From Setoptus koraiensis (taxonomy: Eukaryota > Animalia > Arthropoda): a DNA stretch of 64,000 bases. Positions 40,399-53,868 of this stretch are shown here, in pieces. Position 1 is the first letter of the stretch. Each line of letters begins with the position of its first letter. The notes beneath the pieces are model-generated. The model had not been told where the DNA came from, ran no database searches, and worked only from the letters and a program-made list of their open reading frames with translations. The position numbers were made by a program, and so were the translations under genes. The DNA lies in assembly GCA_048013815.1 (NCBI GenBank), contig CM106585.1, positions 2,170,001-2,234,000 of the forward strand. The letters run 5' to 3'.

Positions 40399-40587
40399 TT
40401 GAGTCTGACACAGAGACAGACACAGATCACAAACAACAGGCAACAACTCTGTTGAATGGAACAACAGACGCGCTGTCGGACAACAACAACGACATTTTGA
40501 TGAACATTAAATTACCCAACGAATGCGAGATGCGTCGTGAGGCGCAATCTCGAGTGCGCCATTCAAACGATCACAGAAAAATACAAG
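40399..40587 (+). CDS. dac: dachshund, putative coding exon 6
   Basis: Phase-1 acceptor TACAG| at 40398 downstream of a CT-rich tract; open frame; strong donor AAG|GTAAGC at 40587/40588. Confidence 0.6.
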
Positions 40588-40728
40588 GTAAGCAAACTAA
40601 TTAATTAACGCCATACAACAATCACTTTACAACATTGTAGGTGACTGATAATAATAATAATAATAATAATCAAATCTTGTCATTTCTAACTTATGAACAC
40701 ATTGACATCAAATCGCGTTGATTAGCAG

Positions 40729-41126
40729 ATTGTAATGAGCAACAAGACGAGGATGCGTTTGATAGAAAGTCGCTGCTGTGTCAAAGTGATGACGAGTCAA
40801 TAGATGCCATTAACGACGACAACTTTGCAATGACAGGTGAAACGATGCACCACAATGACACATCGCAAAAACAACAACAACAACGATCCCATTGTGCGCT
40901 AATGAAAGCCGAAAAAGAAAATAATGATAACGATGATGATCGGATGTCGTCATCATTTGACGACAATGACGCCAACACTGACAACAACAACATTACAATA
41001 ACAAGCAGCAAACACGAGCCCATTAACAGCGACCAATCTGCTGACCAACTCGTTGATCACGCCACCGATTTGGGTAGTCCGGCTACTGGGCGCGATTTTG
41101 CCCAAACAGCAGAGAGTTGCCGTTAA
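40729..41126 (+). CDS. dac: dachshund, putative last coding exon (acidic, D/N-rich; stop TAA)
   Basis: Branch-like TTCTAAC and acceptor TAGCAG| at 40728, phase 1; open to TAA at 41126. The seven exons sum to 4716 nt = 1571 aa plus stop. An upstream acceptor at 40640 would instead give an immediate stop. Confidence 0.55.
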
Positions 41127-44100
41127 TTGAACACCGATAACGCGACTGTAATTATTAATTAAAAATAACTGAAAGTAAATCATCATATCACATCACAGTC
41201 ACACATTCACATATGTTTATTTTCTATAAGACCAACAATCAAATCATCATTAATGTAATACATACAATTACAATTCAATTTTGGGCCAGCGATTGGCAAT
41301 TGATGACACAGGCTGGTGACAGTTTAACAAGACGAATGATTGCTACTCAATGCTACTACAACTAATTGATATGATATGATTTTAGTTATCATTGTTATAA
41401 TCGTTGCATAATGATGATGATGACAGACACAAAAACTACTAATGCTACCACTATCAGGTGACAATCTGGTCTAATCCAACTCATACCCACATACCCAGCG
41501 GCTATAGGACAGTATCCGCAATTAATTAGGGCCATCCCATTAGTTCTTGAGCGGATGAGGTCACTCAATTTAATTCGATTGACTCACTTATGAGCTACAA
41601 TACAATGGATATAATGCGACAAATAATGATCGCCACATCCGCTATTGACAAATTAATGCGCGCAATGTAAGATGATCATATAGAGAGCGAGCAGACAAAT
41701 TTTGCAATTTTTGTTTGTTTGTCTCACCAATCAACTCTGTCTTTTTGGTTGAAATGATCATAGTGTTTGTAGTGCTGTAAATATAGTGTAAATATTCCTA
41801 GAACCCTACACAATGTAAATAGTTTATTTAAATTACAAGCAAGTCTTGATACACAATAGTAGCAGTGGTTGTAACTGTGCAACTATCCATGTTGGAATAG
41901 CTGGCAATCTCTGTCATGATCAATTAAAAATAATTAGAAAATTATCAAATACTGAATATTAATTGATAATTATCAATTTTTGTTCAACGAGTTACTGCTT
42001 GCTCATCATCATCAACATCATCATCATCGTCATCATCATCATCCGACAGACAGGAAGAGAGAAAAACTTGCTGTTGTTGTTGTTGTTGTTGTATTTCTAC
42101 GACAACCGCAATCGAATAATCACAGGCAATCAAAACAGAAATTAAGAAACAAACACATAAATTAAATTAATAATAAATAAAATAAAATAATTAAATCACT
42201 TGTGAACATGTGAATAAACGACACCAACAAATACAGGAGATACATCATTAGCTATTATTAAATTGGCACCATCTATAAACGTGGCCTGTCTACATGTGAC
42301 GATGGTGTAAACATAAACTCAAAAACACACATGTAAATATTGTATTTATGCATAAAGAGAGAAATGTAATTCAACTAATAACTAGTAATAACGAATACCA
42401 ATACGAATAATAACGAATAATGAGGCGAATCTAAATATTTGTGTGTGTGTCTTCTTTTGGCTTTAATTGTTATCTCCGAATGAATTCGCCGCCTATTCGA
42501 GCAGCTGCAAGTTTTTTAAGAGTTTCAGCTAGCTGCTAAAGTGCTAAGAATCAAATTTTTTTTTGCAGCTATTTAACTAATCAACTAATCAAATATTCAG
42601 AATTATTCTCGCACCATTACCATTACTATTGCTTTTGAAACAAACACAACGGCTTAAAACAATTATCATTCTCAATCACCTAAACTTGTTCGCCTTGTTC
42701 CTAAACAACTTTTGACGAGCTGCTTCTGGCTAGGTTGGCGCACAAACGGCATAATACATGCACAACTAAACTTGCAAAAAAAAAATTGCATATAAATAAA
42801 TATAAATATGAATTTGAATATTGCTCTCTTGAGTCATCCACTAGAGATATTTAAATTAATCGTGGGAATCACTTAGCACTTGAAGCGATGCTTATATTAA
42901 GTGGTGACGGTGGTGCCACTTGATGAGATTGGATTGCCACAAGAGGGATGTTGCTAGTTTGATGTAGTTGTGGGTGCTGTTGTTGAGTTGTGCCATTGAA
43001 AATGATCGTACAGTAGACAGTGTCAAAAGTGGCAACAATACACTGGCCCGCGAGCAACACAAAGATCAACTAAACAAAAAGAAGATGCCAAAAAATATTA
43101 ATTCTCATCATTGGTAATTGGAGAGTTTTCAATTCATCAGCTCGTCTCGGCGAGAGCAATTAAATCTTGTCAGATTTGTATAAATACAATAGAAAAGAAT
43201 GAAATAAAATAAAATAAAACAAAATAAAAAGAGATCTTGGCGTCATGTTGACGCATGCGTAAGGTAGCCTAGCTGAGCCTAGGAACCCCCAGCGGAGTGT
43301 CTGTCAAAATATCATGCTCTGTGTCGGGCGAGCTGTCGGAATGTTGACGCCGGCCGGTCGGCCGGCCAACCAATGTAACGCCGGCTGATTTAAGTTTTGT
43401 TTTGGCGCAAGTTTGCCGGCGATGATGACGAGCAACGACGACGAGAACACTTGCAAGTGTCTAATTGTGTGGATGCGGTTGGCATGGAAACCATTGGATT
43501 ATATGATCACCTGTATGGCAGCAAATGTGTTATTGTGAGCACTGGCTGGTGGTAGCGAGCGCTGCATTCGAAACAAACATTGCGATTGTATCGAGCGAAA
43601 AAGAATAAGAAGAAGAAGCTCGCAAGAATCGTTTATTGTTATTGTTGGTTGGTGTTGATGATTGGCACGCACACTTACATGACACATGATGAGTGATAAA
43701 CAACAACAACAACAGCAACAACAACTAATCAACTGTGTGCGAGTATCAATAACATAGGCGATAACATAGGAGATAACATGCGATAGAACAGGGGAGAGGG
43801 GATAAAAGATTGCTGCCTCTATATATAATTGTTGTGTGTAAAACAGGTAGACAGATTTGTCTTTTCATTAGTCTCTCTCTCTCTGTCTCTGTCTCTCGCT
43901 GGCTCATAATATGTTGATTGAACAACAACATTGAAACGGACGATACAAACCAACAAGTTTGATGCTGCAACTCACAACAAACAATGATTTTTGTTTTTTG
44001 CTCTCTCTCTCTCTCTCTCGTCTTGTAAATTTGAAAAGTGACGCAAGAGACGAAGGTCATTGCTTCTTGTTGCACCATCCACTGGCATCATCTTCTCAAT

Positions 44101-45871
44101 CGTGTTCGTCTTGACGGACACACCACAATGATTTGGATGGCCAAGTTATTATGGTGCCAGTGATTATATTTATTGTTATTAATCCGCAAGTGATGCCAAC
44201 CGACCAATAATTTGATAGCCATGAGTTAAATTGACGCGCGAAATTAACATGATCGTGGCCATCATTATACATCGCGGCTACAGATCGCCACTACAGATTG
44301 CGTATAATGGGACCAAAACCAAAATCAAAACCAAAACCACAACAGCAACAGCAACAATGTACATACAATATAGACATATGTGAATAGTTGCACTAGTTGC
44401 CAGCATAACGAGAGAATATACGACTGAAATTTTGCACTGGCCATTGCAAACTTGCAACTGGCAACTGGCAACTTGCAACCACTGGCCACTGGTCACATTC
44501 AGCGCCGCACACATATATTTTAATAATATCTCGATTTAAATATATTTGTATCGATACATATCGAAACGAGGCGATACAAACACAATCTAATGATGGACGT
44601 GAAGATAATTAATGCGCGTGTCGAGCCGTCGTCTCATGAGCAAGATCGTGAACGTTTGGTTGATCTGACTGACATTTGATTCTTCGCTCTCTTTAAATGG
44701 CTCCTCTTCTTTTTGGAACGCCGTTGGCTGGCGTCTCGTTTGCATCCATGCCCATACAATAGACGCACTGTAATAAGAACTGCACATGAGTTTAACGTTC
44801 GACTTTTTTCCTCTGAAAATTCACTTGAGTTTGTCCGAAATGAAATTAATTCAAACTCACAGTTTAACCTAAACTCAAAGCCATTCAAATCAGCAGCATA
44901 CGTCATCGAGCATGGACGAGCTTGCAGTGGATACAGTTATCTAATTGTTGTTGGCTTCTTCTCATTGCTCAGTCCGTCCAACTTTGTTAAGTTCATTATG
45001 AGCCAGCCATAATACCACCAGAATAATTTGTAATCAGGAGGTGTGTTTGCGCGGCCGGTCGGGTATCGGCGGAGCGGTCAGTCACTTTGATCATTGATTA
45101 TTGAAAGGAAAGCGTTCGTTTGGTTGAGAGCGATGATGCTATTGCTCGCCTGCTACGATGGCAACAAACAATGAAATATGATGCAAACAATGCAAGCCAG
45201 AGGCACAGTTATTATATAATATCTCTGGCTCTGGCTCTTGGTCGCTCTCAACTGGCCACTAGTGACTGCAGTTAATTAAATTTGCATAGCATCCTCATTT
45301 GTTATTATCGTCGCTCACCCCGCTAATCTAAGCGCGTAACGTGATATACGCGCACCCAATGAATGCTGCTTTGTGCAATACGAGAGACAAACCCGTTTCC
45401 GTTGGCCGTTGTTTGGCATCATTCAACACCATTGGCAATTTGCTTGCGTAATAATGTAACAGCAGCGGGGCCAGCCAATTGCAAGAGCGAGAGGGAAAAA
45501 GACGAGAGAGAGAGAGAGAGAGAGGCGAGAGTAAATTTGAAAGTGCAAATTGTCAATGCAAGCTGAATAAACAAAACTATAGTTAGACAAGGAACAGTGC
45601 TCATCAAATAGTATAACTAACTACACAGTCTCAAAGAGTATCAATTGCTCCCTTTTAGGGGGAGCCACTTGCGCGCCTCAATTAATACCGCCGGCTGCCT
45701 ATATATAGACGGCATATATTAGCATATGCACAATGCATATTCTATATGCGCATAGTGTGCCGCCAAAGAGCAAATAGAGTAACGGAAACCAGTGGAAACA
45801 AATGGATCAAGTTATCCGTTGTCGCCATGTTTTTGGCTTGCGCGATTCAAATCGAATTGCATTCTGTTGGA

Positions 45872-45970
45872 ATGGATCGGATTGGATGGGATTCTGTTCG
45901 ATTGGATTGCGTTCGATTGGATTGGATTCCGTTCGATTGGATTGGATTGGATTGGGTCTGATCCGATTGG
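45872..45970. repeat. Degenerate pentamer repeat (GGATT/CGATT)n
   Basis: Direct inspection. Confidence 0.8.
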
Positions 45971-48900
45971 ATGCTGATGTAATGCGATGTGATGGATCAG
46001 AGCTAGCCGATGGGCTGATGCAATGGCCATTGCAAGCGTAATGTGTGTGTATATCTGTTTATGATGATGGGGTGATCGGGTTGAGTAACGGGGCCTATCT
46101 ACACTTTTTGAGTGCACCCATCGATCACTGTCATTACTTTGTAGATATACACACATTTATATGTATCTCTCTCTCTCTATATATATGTGTATTTGTTGGC
46201 TGGTATATACACAAATATCTCATATGCATATGAGACATACATATCTATATATGTGTGTATATTTCCATGTTGACAATGTGTGTGTGTGCGTGTGCGTGTG
46301 TATATCCATGCGATGAGAATCAATATCAATGGAACGCACTGCCAGCGTCAACAAGCAACTACCAACTGGCCAGGGCCCAGAGGCCCCAATGAAAAGGAAC
46401 ATTCAAAAGAAAAGAACGCCACACCCTGAAACTGTTCTTTGGTCCACTGATGACACCAGTAAATTGTGTGTGCCTAGATACCAATGAAGTCAGCCATATT
46501 GCCAAAGGAATGCATCTTATATAATAAATTAGCATCTTTGCCTGCTGGTTGCCACTGTCGCCACGCACGCAAACTAAACTTGCAACTGTAAATGAAGCGT
46601 AGATAAAAAAATTGCCTAGATAACGCCTAAAGTTGCTATCTTTTTAGCTGGCGCAAAACGACAAACACACACACACACCACCCATCTATCTATCTATCCA
46701 TCTATGTGTCTGTTTGTTTGTTTGTTGTTGCCATTGCTGTTGCCGTTGGTGTTGTCGTTGCTGTTGTGCCAACCGACGAACCAGCAACCACAGTGAATGA
46801 CTGATGAAGTGTCATCATCGATCAGATGATGGCAAGATTTGTCAGTCTCTCTATATAGAGGCAAACGATTGAATGAGTGACAAACGAATTGAAAATAGGA
46901 CAATCTTGTTGACTTATGCAACGTTGAAAGGTGCTGATATTGATCAAACGAGACCAATAACGTTATCGAGTTTACCTAGTGGTCACATCTGAATAAAGTC
47001 AAAGCGCAGACAGAATATTATAAGAGTGGAACGGTATTTTTGTTGTTCATAAGCACACTTCTGGTCTTAAATAAATATCCAGTTTATAAATAGGTGGCAT
47101 TATCAAATCTCATTGATCATGCGAAATAATTCAAACAAGACAGACAGAGAGACATTGATTTCCATCGTTGATAGACGTGCCCAGGTTGGTGTGCTTTTTT
47201 GTTTGTTTGTTTGCTTGCTTACTTGTTTGCGCAACGCCATCGATCACCTTTCTTTGCCATTTTTTTGTCTCGTATCTATTCATTTCCAAGTCAAACCAAT
47301 GCTGATCAGATAAGCGATTGGGCTATGTGAGCAAGATGGGAGAGGGAGAGAGAGAGAGAGTCGACGGTGCGAGATAACTCGCGATATAATGAAAGATATG
47401 ATGACTGAATGCTTGCAACACTACTGTTATTACACGGGTATAGGTATTGTTAGGTGCGTAATTAGACGAGAGCGATTCGTGCGAAGAGAAGTGAAGAAGT
47501 TAAATGTAGGAAGGAATGTAAAAATGAAATTATGAAAAGATAATCAAGACGTAACAACAAGTGCACTTTTGTTGGAAATGGTAGCACGCAATAAGGTGAC
47601 TCTCGATAGTACATCATGTTTTGTTTGATTGGTCATTACAATTGAACATCACACAAACTGTATAACATAACAGAAAGTGTCTACTTACCTGGATTCACGA
47701 TAGCATGTCGTTGTTTTAGTATCGTTATCATTATTATTATTATTTTGACCACACTGTGCTTGTGAGTGACAAGATAACAGCATCGTTGTCATGCCAAACT
47801 ACAAAGATATAGATATACAAACTGACTAATCACTAGACAAGTTCAATTGGCAGCCAGTGTATCTGTTTTTGATACTCTCTGATCAAATGTTGCTACTTTT
47901 CTCAACTTGAGCTACCAAAAGTGTTAGCTCCTAGAAATAGATGAGACCCGGCGCCTTCAAAGTGGCTCTGCCTAATCTACTACACACCGTATGATGTAAT
48001 GCTGATATCTATATTAATCACATCTAGTATTATCCAAAAGTTGCATTCAATACCTAGTTAGTTGCAGTCTCTCTATTGGTTTGTATGTGGCCAAATTGTT
48101 TTTAAGGTGAAACGATGAAATAGATAGAGATCAAATCTATTGATATTCAAGTTCAACTGTGTCTGTGGTTATTGCGAGTCCGTCAAGTATCACAATCCCG
48201 TAGAGTGATAATTATGATGGATTGGTACAGGTATTAGTTCTAAGTTTTTTCTTTTTGCAACCTGCAAGTCCATTTTAATAATAATCAAAACTGTAATGAC
48301 CATTGCGGTACTGTGTCATGCATTTTCCTATATTTCATATTTATTGTATGAAAGCCCAACAAGTATTACATGTAACTTTTAAATCAAGCCGATGGTATCA
48401 TTATTGCAAATTAGTAGGACGACGAAGAAATCATCAATAGTAATTGTTTGTCGTTCATTCCTTAGAAACAATCAAGTGCCATCTAGATTGCGCTAAATGA
48501 ATTCTTTCATATTATATATGGTATTAAATTGCCTTGTCCATTCAGGACAATATCCATTTCATCACAAATAAACATGTATGCATACATGTCCATTTAACGG
48601 CGCGCTTTTCATGTTATAAGTTCAACTGATTGTTTTATGTTGTCTTGTTAGCGCCGATAATAACAGGTTGTTAAGTTGATGTTGTTAGACTAACAACATG
48701 AAACATTGACTTGAGCAACTATTTAGTGTCAGTCATTATGTCAGACAATGAAATTTCTAACGTACAATTATTGTTATGTTTGTAAATTTATTGTTTAAAC
48801 CACATCATTATGTAACCACTACTATTGAACTTAAACCAAGAAGCTAACTCAGCACCAATTGGGTTTCCGGTTGTAATGGCGCCCAATGGGCGGTGATGAT

Positions 48901-50814
48901 AACAGATCTATTGAAACGAATTGAATGATTGGTTCAATAGTGAATGAATAAACATTCCGGACAACTCATTCAATGTTTTTCAATAGTCATCCCTATTATG
49001 TTTATAAATAAACAATCACTGTCCACAAGGAGTGGCAAGTTACCGATTTAAATCAGATTTTGAGTATGCAATTCGAGGGTCAATCTAGGGCCGATATTAA
49101 TTCTTCGTTGAATGCACTTGTCCTATCGGTTAGTGGGCTGGTTAATCGGTGATGGTGGTTGGTAGCGACCATTGTTGATCGAACACTCCCAGCCAACCTA
49201 ATCCTCTAACATAAGTATCTATCAATTTAGAAAGGTATTTGTTGTTCTGTTCTTCTCACATCGGCCATTATTAATAGCTGCGAACTGAAAATGCTATGTC
49301 AGATGGGTAGTCAGTGGGTTCCATATTGATGCAAGCGAGTGAGTCACAAGTTACAACATTAAATTGGCGCGAACAACTTGTTAGTGGAAATGAAATTATT
49401 CTGTTGCCAGACAATACAATAAAATAGAAGAGAAAAACTTTACTTTTATTCCAATCGATAATTGATCTAGATCGATTGAGATCAATTAAAACAAGAACAA
49501 ATTCTTGCCGCCAATAGGTGTTAGATGAACACGCCCAATCGTTAATGATGATTGCTTCTTTAAGCAGTGTTACTCATGCACATTCTCAATATGCCATGAA
49601 AAGAGATATCTTTCTCATCGGCATCTGTAAACTATTGCAATGATACATACCCATACTATGATAATGTTTTAACAATAATTTATCAATTATATATCATCGT
49701 CGTCTGCACAGATTTATCCTATTGTTTTCTACGATCATTTCACAAACTATTTTAGGCCAGCGTAAAACTGTAGCCAACATCCATCATTTATTGATTGCCA
49801 TTGGAGTGTTGATTGCTAACAGCATTGAAATCTAGCTGCCTTCGGTTATTTTATCTATTTATACAGCTTATTGTTACTGATATAGTGAAAAAACAAAAAA
49901 TTCCAAGAGTCTATTGTTCAGTTATAACAACCCTCTGGAATGCGTTCAAATATGATCACCATCAATTACAGTGGCCGAATAACAAGCAGCGAGAACATAA
50001 CGGTCGAAACTCGATCAAAACCTGTAATTAAAAGACGCTAGTCATTTTAAAACTATTTGACCTCGTATTTCAATCATACTGTTAGTGATTTCTATGTTTT
50101 ATATATATATCCAATGCGACTCGATATGACATAACTAAACCCAACCAAATCAACCAACCAACCAAGAGTATATATGAAATTATTGCAGATACTACAATTA
50201 TTGGTTTTCTGTCTTCTCGATAGAACTGTTCTTGATCAATCCAATCAGGGCAGTCGATTTAGTGTAGAGTTCTGTTGGATTCGACATCATCAGGAATCAG
50301 GCTTGCCTTGTAAGAATGTGTGGCGCCGACTAGTGTTTTAAATGGGAGACATCAACTCCGGATAACGATGAAATGATTTAAATTCTCATGCAATTACAAT
50401 CTGATTATATTTTATATATGCTTTATTATGTAATAAGTTTAATATGTTATACATTGACGAGACCCTGACTATTGATGATGAATAATTCTACCTTGAGGCA
50501 TAAATATATAAGTTGTTTGTTGTTACGGTCGCTAGTTGAAGATACACATATCACACATGGTATGTTTGGATTGTTGCATCACAATTTGTTTTTATTTTCC
50601 TGTGTGTGATGTGCGCAGTTTTATCACCAATATCTTTCTTTTTTTTTTACTGTTGTAATGTCTGCTGTATTATGATAAGATCGGTCGCGAATATTATAAT
50701 AGTAATAAAGGTAATAAGCAATAATAATAAACTAGTAACTCACTAATTAACTAATGTAAATGCCAATTGAGAAGCACTTTCAAATAATACACATCTTCTT
50801 CTCTTTTATCTTCT

Positions 50815-53800
50815 CTAAGGCACCACTGTAACGTAACGATCGCTATCTGTCTTGAGAACAGGAAGAACGATATCTTCCATATTGGGAATGACCAATATCT
50901 TTCGAAATTCTTCCACTAATTTCCTTTCAATCCATTCGGTAACAGGAGTCAAACTGACTTCTCTATCACCCATCTTTGGTAAAGCTCTCAGCACCAGGTC
51001 AGGATTCGGTTTAAAACCGTACCATAATCTATCTGTCGGAGGTGGTGGCACATTCAGTGATAATATGCCATTTAATGATTGAATTTGTACTACCAACACG
51101 AGGGGACAATTTGATATATCTTGTAGTTTCTTCTTAATGTACTTATTCTCGGTAGCGTGCTGAAAGTATCTACTTGACGCAATCTTATCCACAAATCGAA
51201 CTATTGTTTGACGAGTTCTCTCTGCTCCATAATCTTCCCAGTCACTTATCTCATCTACATCTCCTTCGTCGCTAGAAGAATCCGACGACAGAATTGAATC
51301 ACTATCTTCTGTATCACTAGATTCGTCGCTTGCCCTAACACTGTTAGAGGCAATTGATCCACTGCTGCTAGGGGATAAAACACTTGAAGACTCATGTGTA
51401 TCTGTTGTTTGGTGTTGTTGTTGCTGCTGTTGTTGCTTATCATTAGCTGCAGATGTATTTGAGTTGTCTCTAATTTTGAGTAGATTTAATTTTGTCTCAA
51501 ATGTCAATTCAAGACCACCACTATAGGCCATATCGAAATCAATGTTTAAACCAAATGAATCAAAATTGTGTGAGACAACCTTCCTGAATTGCGGTGGATT
51601 AGTTCCTAAATCAATCTTTGTAAGAGTTAGTGTTTCCATAAAGTAAGGCAATCGAATTCTATATAATTTCCTTTGTATCTTCCTTTTAAACCAAACCGTC
51701 CAATATGCATGCGAAAACACATCGAAGAACATACGACCAACAAGTGAATTAAACCATTCACTATTTGGTGATGAATCTAATCCAGATTCGATCACACGCT
51801 CAATGAATTCTTTGTAATCAAAATTTGCCTTACTCTTCCTATTACCCATATTTGCACCGGTACCGCCGACATCGCTCGACTGATCAGTGTTGAGAGCCTC
51901 GGCCGAACTTCTTATCGATGCCTCATCGGCTGAATGCCTGGGCTTTCTATTTAGAGAAGGGTCTGGTACATCGGGTTGATCCTCAGGAGTTTTATCCTGC
52001 TTCTTAGTTGGTAAGTCGCTTGAAGTGTTGGCAAGGTTTTTCATGGATATAAGTTCACATGACTTCGTTCGAACCAAGCCCGAAAAAGAGTTGTCAGATA
52101 GATGGTCGGTCAGAGAAGAGGCATCAGGAGGAGGATCTTGAGTAAATGGATTCAACAAAGAGTTTATGTATTTTTTGGATGTTCCCGGCGACATTATTTC
52201 GGATTTAGATTGTGCTAAGGGTGTATTGCAGCGTGAGGTTGTAGTGTTACAATCCGAGAACACTTCTTCCTGGTCTTGACTTGAGTGAAGCGACTCAGCA
52301 GTTGGCGATGATGAGATAGGTTGCAAGATATCTTGTAGAGGTCTGCAACGATCGACGGCTATCCGTAACCTTTGAAACCATTCTTCCTTTTCTCTGCATG
52401 ATCTCACGAATAGAGTAAATTTTAACAGTTTTGGACTACTATTTATGGATTCTTGCGAATGAAATTCCAACCTAAGCGGATACTTTTTAGACCATATCCA
52501 TTTTTCTCGATTTCTAATACTCTTTGGCAATAACAAAGATATATTGGCTCTACCGATAGATGCAAGGTCATATATTCTCTGTTGGATAAATACGGGGGAG
52601 GTAGATCCATTCGAGTCATTATTATTCTTTGGTTTACACAAGCGCAATATTGTTCCATCAAGTCTGACGAAAATCAATTGAAGCTTTATGTCTCCTGTTT
52701 TGCGCAATTCATAGTCGCCCATAAATTCTATCATCCATCCTTTGAACTCTCCAGTCTCATCATCTGATATACTATTATATTGTTGGTTAGTGTCATTATC
52801 ATCTTTCACATTGGACGAATCTAATGAAGCAGATCTGTTTATGGGTTGGAAAGTCGCACAATCATCTCCGTTATTTGTATTCTGATCACTTGGCCTTTCT
52901 AGTTTGCATGAATTGAACTTGCTGTAGTTAATAGCGATGGGGACGCTGTCATCTTTCGTTCTTGAACTAGATAATGTTGCTGGGCTATTGTGTCTTAATG
53001 GAAACATTTTCAATATAAGACACAAAATTATAATACTTATGCACGCTAATGTCAACAGAATACCACTTATGAGTCCATTGATGAAAGTAATCGTAGATGC
53101 TTCTTGAGAAAACAATACGAACAGTATACAGACAACTCCAAAGCAAAATAGTGATAGCAATTTCCAGGGTAAGTTAGAATCAAATGCAAACGATGTCTCA
53201 AATAGATTTCTCACTGATAGTATTAGCGTGTTATCAGACTTTCCATTGTTGACCCCGATCATCGATTGCCTATTGTAACGACTGTCACGACGATTGAAAA
53301 TAGTGTTAATTGATGCAGTGTCAAAATCAGGTGAGTCTGCCTCCATTGATGAGATCCTAGGTTGTCTTAATTTCCTCCTACGCAATTTATTGTTGCTGGA
53401 TAAGAATCTTGATTCTTTGGCATGGTCGATGTTTTTATCAGCATGAATAAGGTTTTTGGAACAATTTTCTCTTGTCAATGTCGAACTGTCATCAGGGTCG
53501 TGGACGACTTCATCCGTATTACCTTTAAAGCTATTATGAGTTATAAGAGATGATTTTGTATCATGTGTGGACGCTCCACGGCCGATGGATTCACTCAAGT
53601 CAATATACTGATCTTCAATCATTTCCTCCGATGTATGGTATTTATGGTGACTGCGGGAATGACCAGAAGGCCTCTTTGACATTCTGGCCTTAAATTCTTC
53701 GAACCAGTTAGTTGCCTCATCTCTGGAAGGTGATTGATTGCCTCCCTCAAATGATCTCGTCCGCATTAATCGTGTTGCAAAGAATTCTTTGATAGAAAGA

Positions 53801-53868
53801 TTCTTGAGATTACGAGTTTGGGGGGTTCCTCCTTCGGTCGCGACAGAGATAGACCCGACGTCTGCCAT
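50815..53868 (-). CDS. TEX2: Testis-expressed protein 2 (ER membrane SMP-domain lipid-transfer protein), single-exon CDS, 1017 aa
   Basis: Two hydrophobic TM segments; a PH-like region (FKGWMIEF...WIWSKKYPLRLE...LFVRSCREKEEWFQRL); an SMP domain (WFNSLVGRMFFD...KIQRKLYRIRLPYFMETLTLTKIDLG...NVPPPPTDRLWYGF...PNMEDIVLP) typical of TEX2. A likely 5'UTR intron lies at 53889-55079 (donor AAG|GTAAGC, acceptor CTCAG). Confidence 0.93.
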   Translation of the reverse strand: MADVGSISVATEGGTPQTRNLKNLSIKEFFATRLMRTRSFEGGNQSPSRDEATNWFEEFKARMSKRPSGHSRSHHKYHTSEEMIEDQYIDLSESIGRGASTHDTKSSLITHNSFKGNTDEVVHDPDDSSTLTRENCSKNLIHADKNIDHAKESRFLSSNNKLRRRKLRQPRISSMEADSPDFDTASINTIFNRRDSRYNRQSMIGVNNGKSDNTLILSVRNLFETSFAFDSNLPWKLLSLFCFGVVCILFVLFSQEASTITFINGLISGILLTLACISIIILCLILKMFPLRHNSPATLSSSRTKDDSVPIAINYSKFNSCKLERPSDQNTNNGDDCATFQPINRSASLDSSNVKDDNDTNQQYNSISDDETGEFKGWMIEFMGDYELRKTGDIKLQLIFVRLDGTILRLCKPKNNNDSNGSTSPVFIQQRIYDLASIGRANISLLLPKSIRNREKWIWSKKYPLRLEFHSQESINSSPKLLKFTLFVRSCREKEEWFQRLRIAVDRCRPLQDILQPISSSPTAESLHSSQDQEEVFSDCNTTTSRCNTPLAQSKSEIMSPGTSKKYINSLLNPFTQDPPPDASSLTDHLSDNSFSGLVRTKSCELISMKNLANTSSDLPTKKQDKTPEDQPDVPDPSLNRKPRHSADEASIRSSAEALNTDQSSDVGGTGANMGNRKSKANFDYKEFIERVIESGLDSSPNSEWFNSLVGRMFFDVFSHAYWTVWFKRKIQRKLYRIRLPYFMETLTLTKIDLGTNPPQFRKVVSHNFDSFGLNIDFDMAYSGGLELTFETKLNLLKIRDNSNTSAANDKQQQQQQQHQTTDTHESSSVLSPSSSGSIASNSVRASDESSDTEDSDSILSSDSSSDEGDVDEISDWEDYGAERTRQTIVRFVDKIASSRYFQHATENKYIKKKLQDISNCPLVLVVQIQSLNGILSLNVPPPPTDRLWYGFKPNPDLVLRALPKMGDREVSLTPVTEWIERKLVEEFRKILVIPNMEDIVLPVLKTDSDRYVTVVP

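Noticed and set aside
1160-47313. Dozens of 60-190 aa ORFs with poly-Q/L/C/V/T or HTHT/CVCV runs outside the dac exons
   Set aside because: They coincide with microsatellites, occur in several frames and both strands at once, and show no domain motifs.
47683-47692. ACTTACCTGG resembling the U1 snRNA 5' end
   Set aside because: The downstream sequence has no U1 stem-loops or Sm site. It is better explained as the reverse complement of a splice donor.
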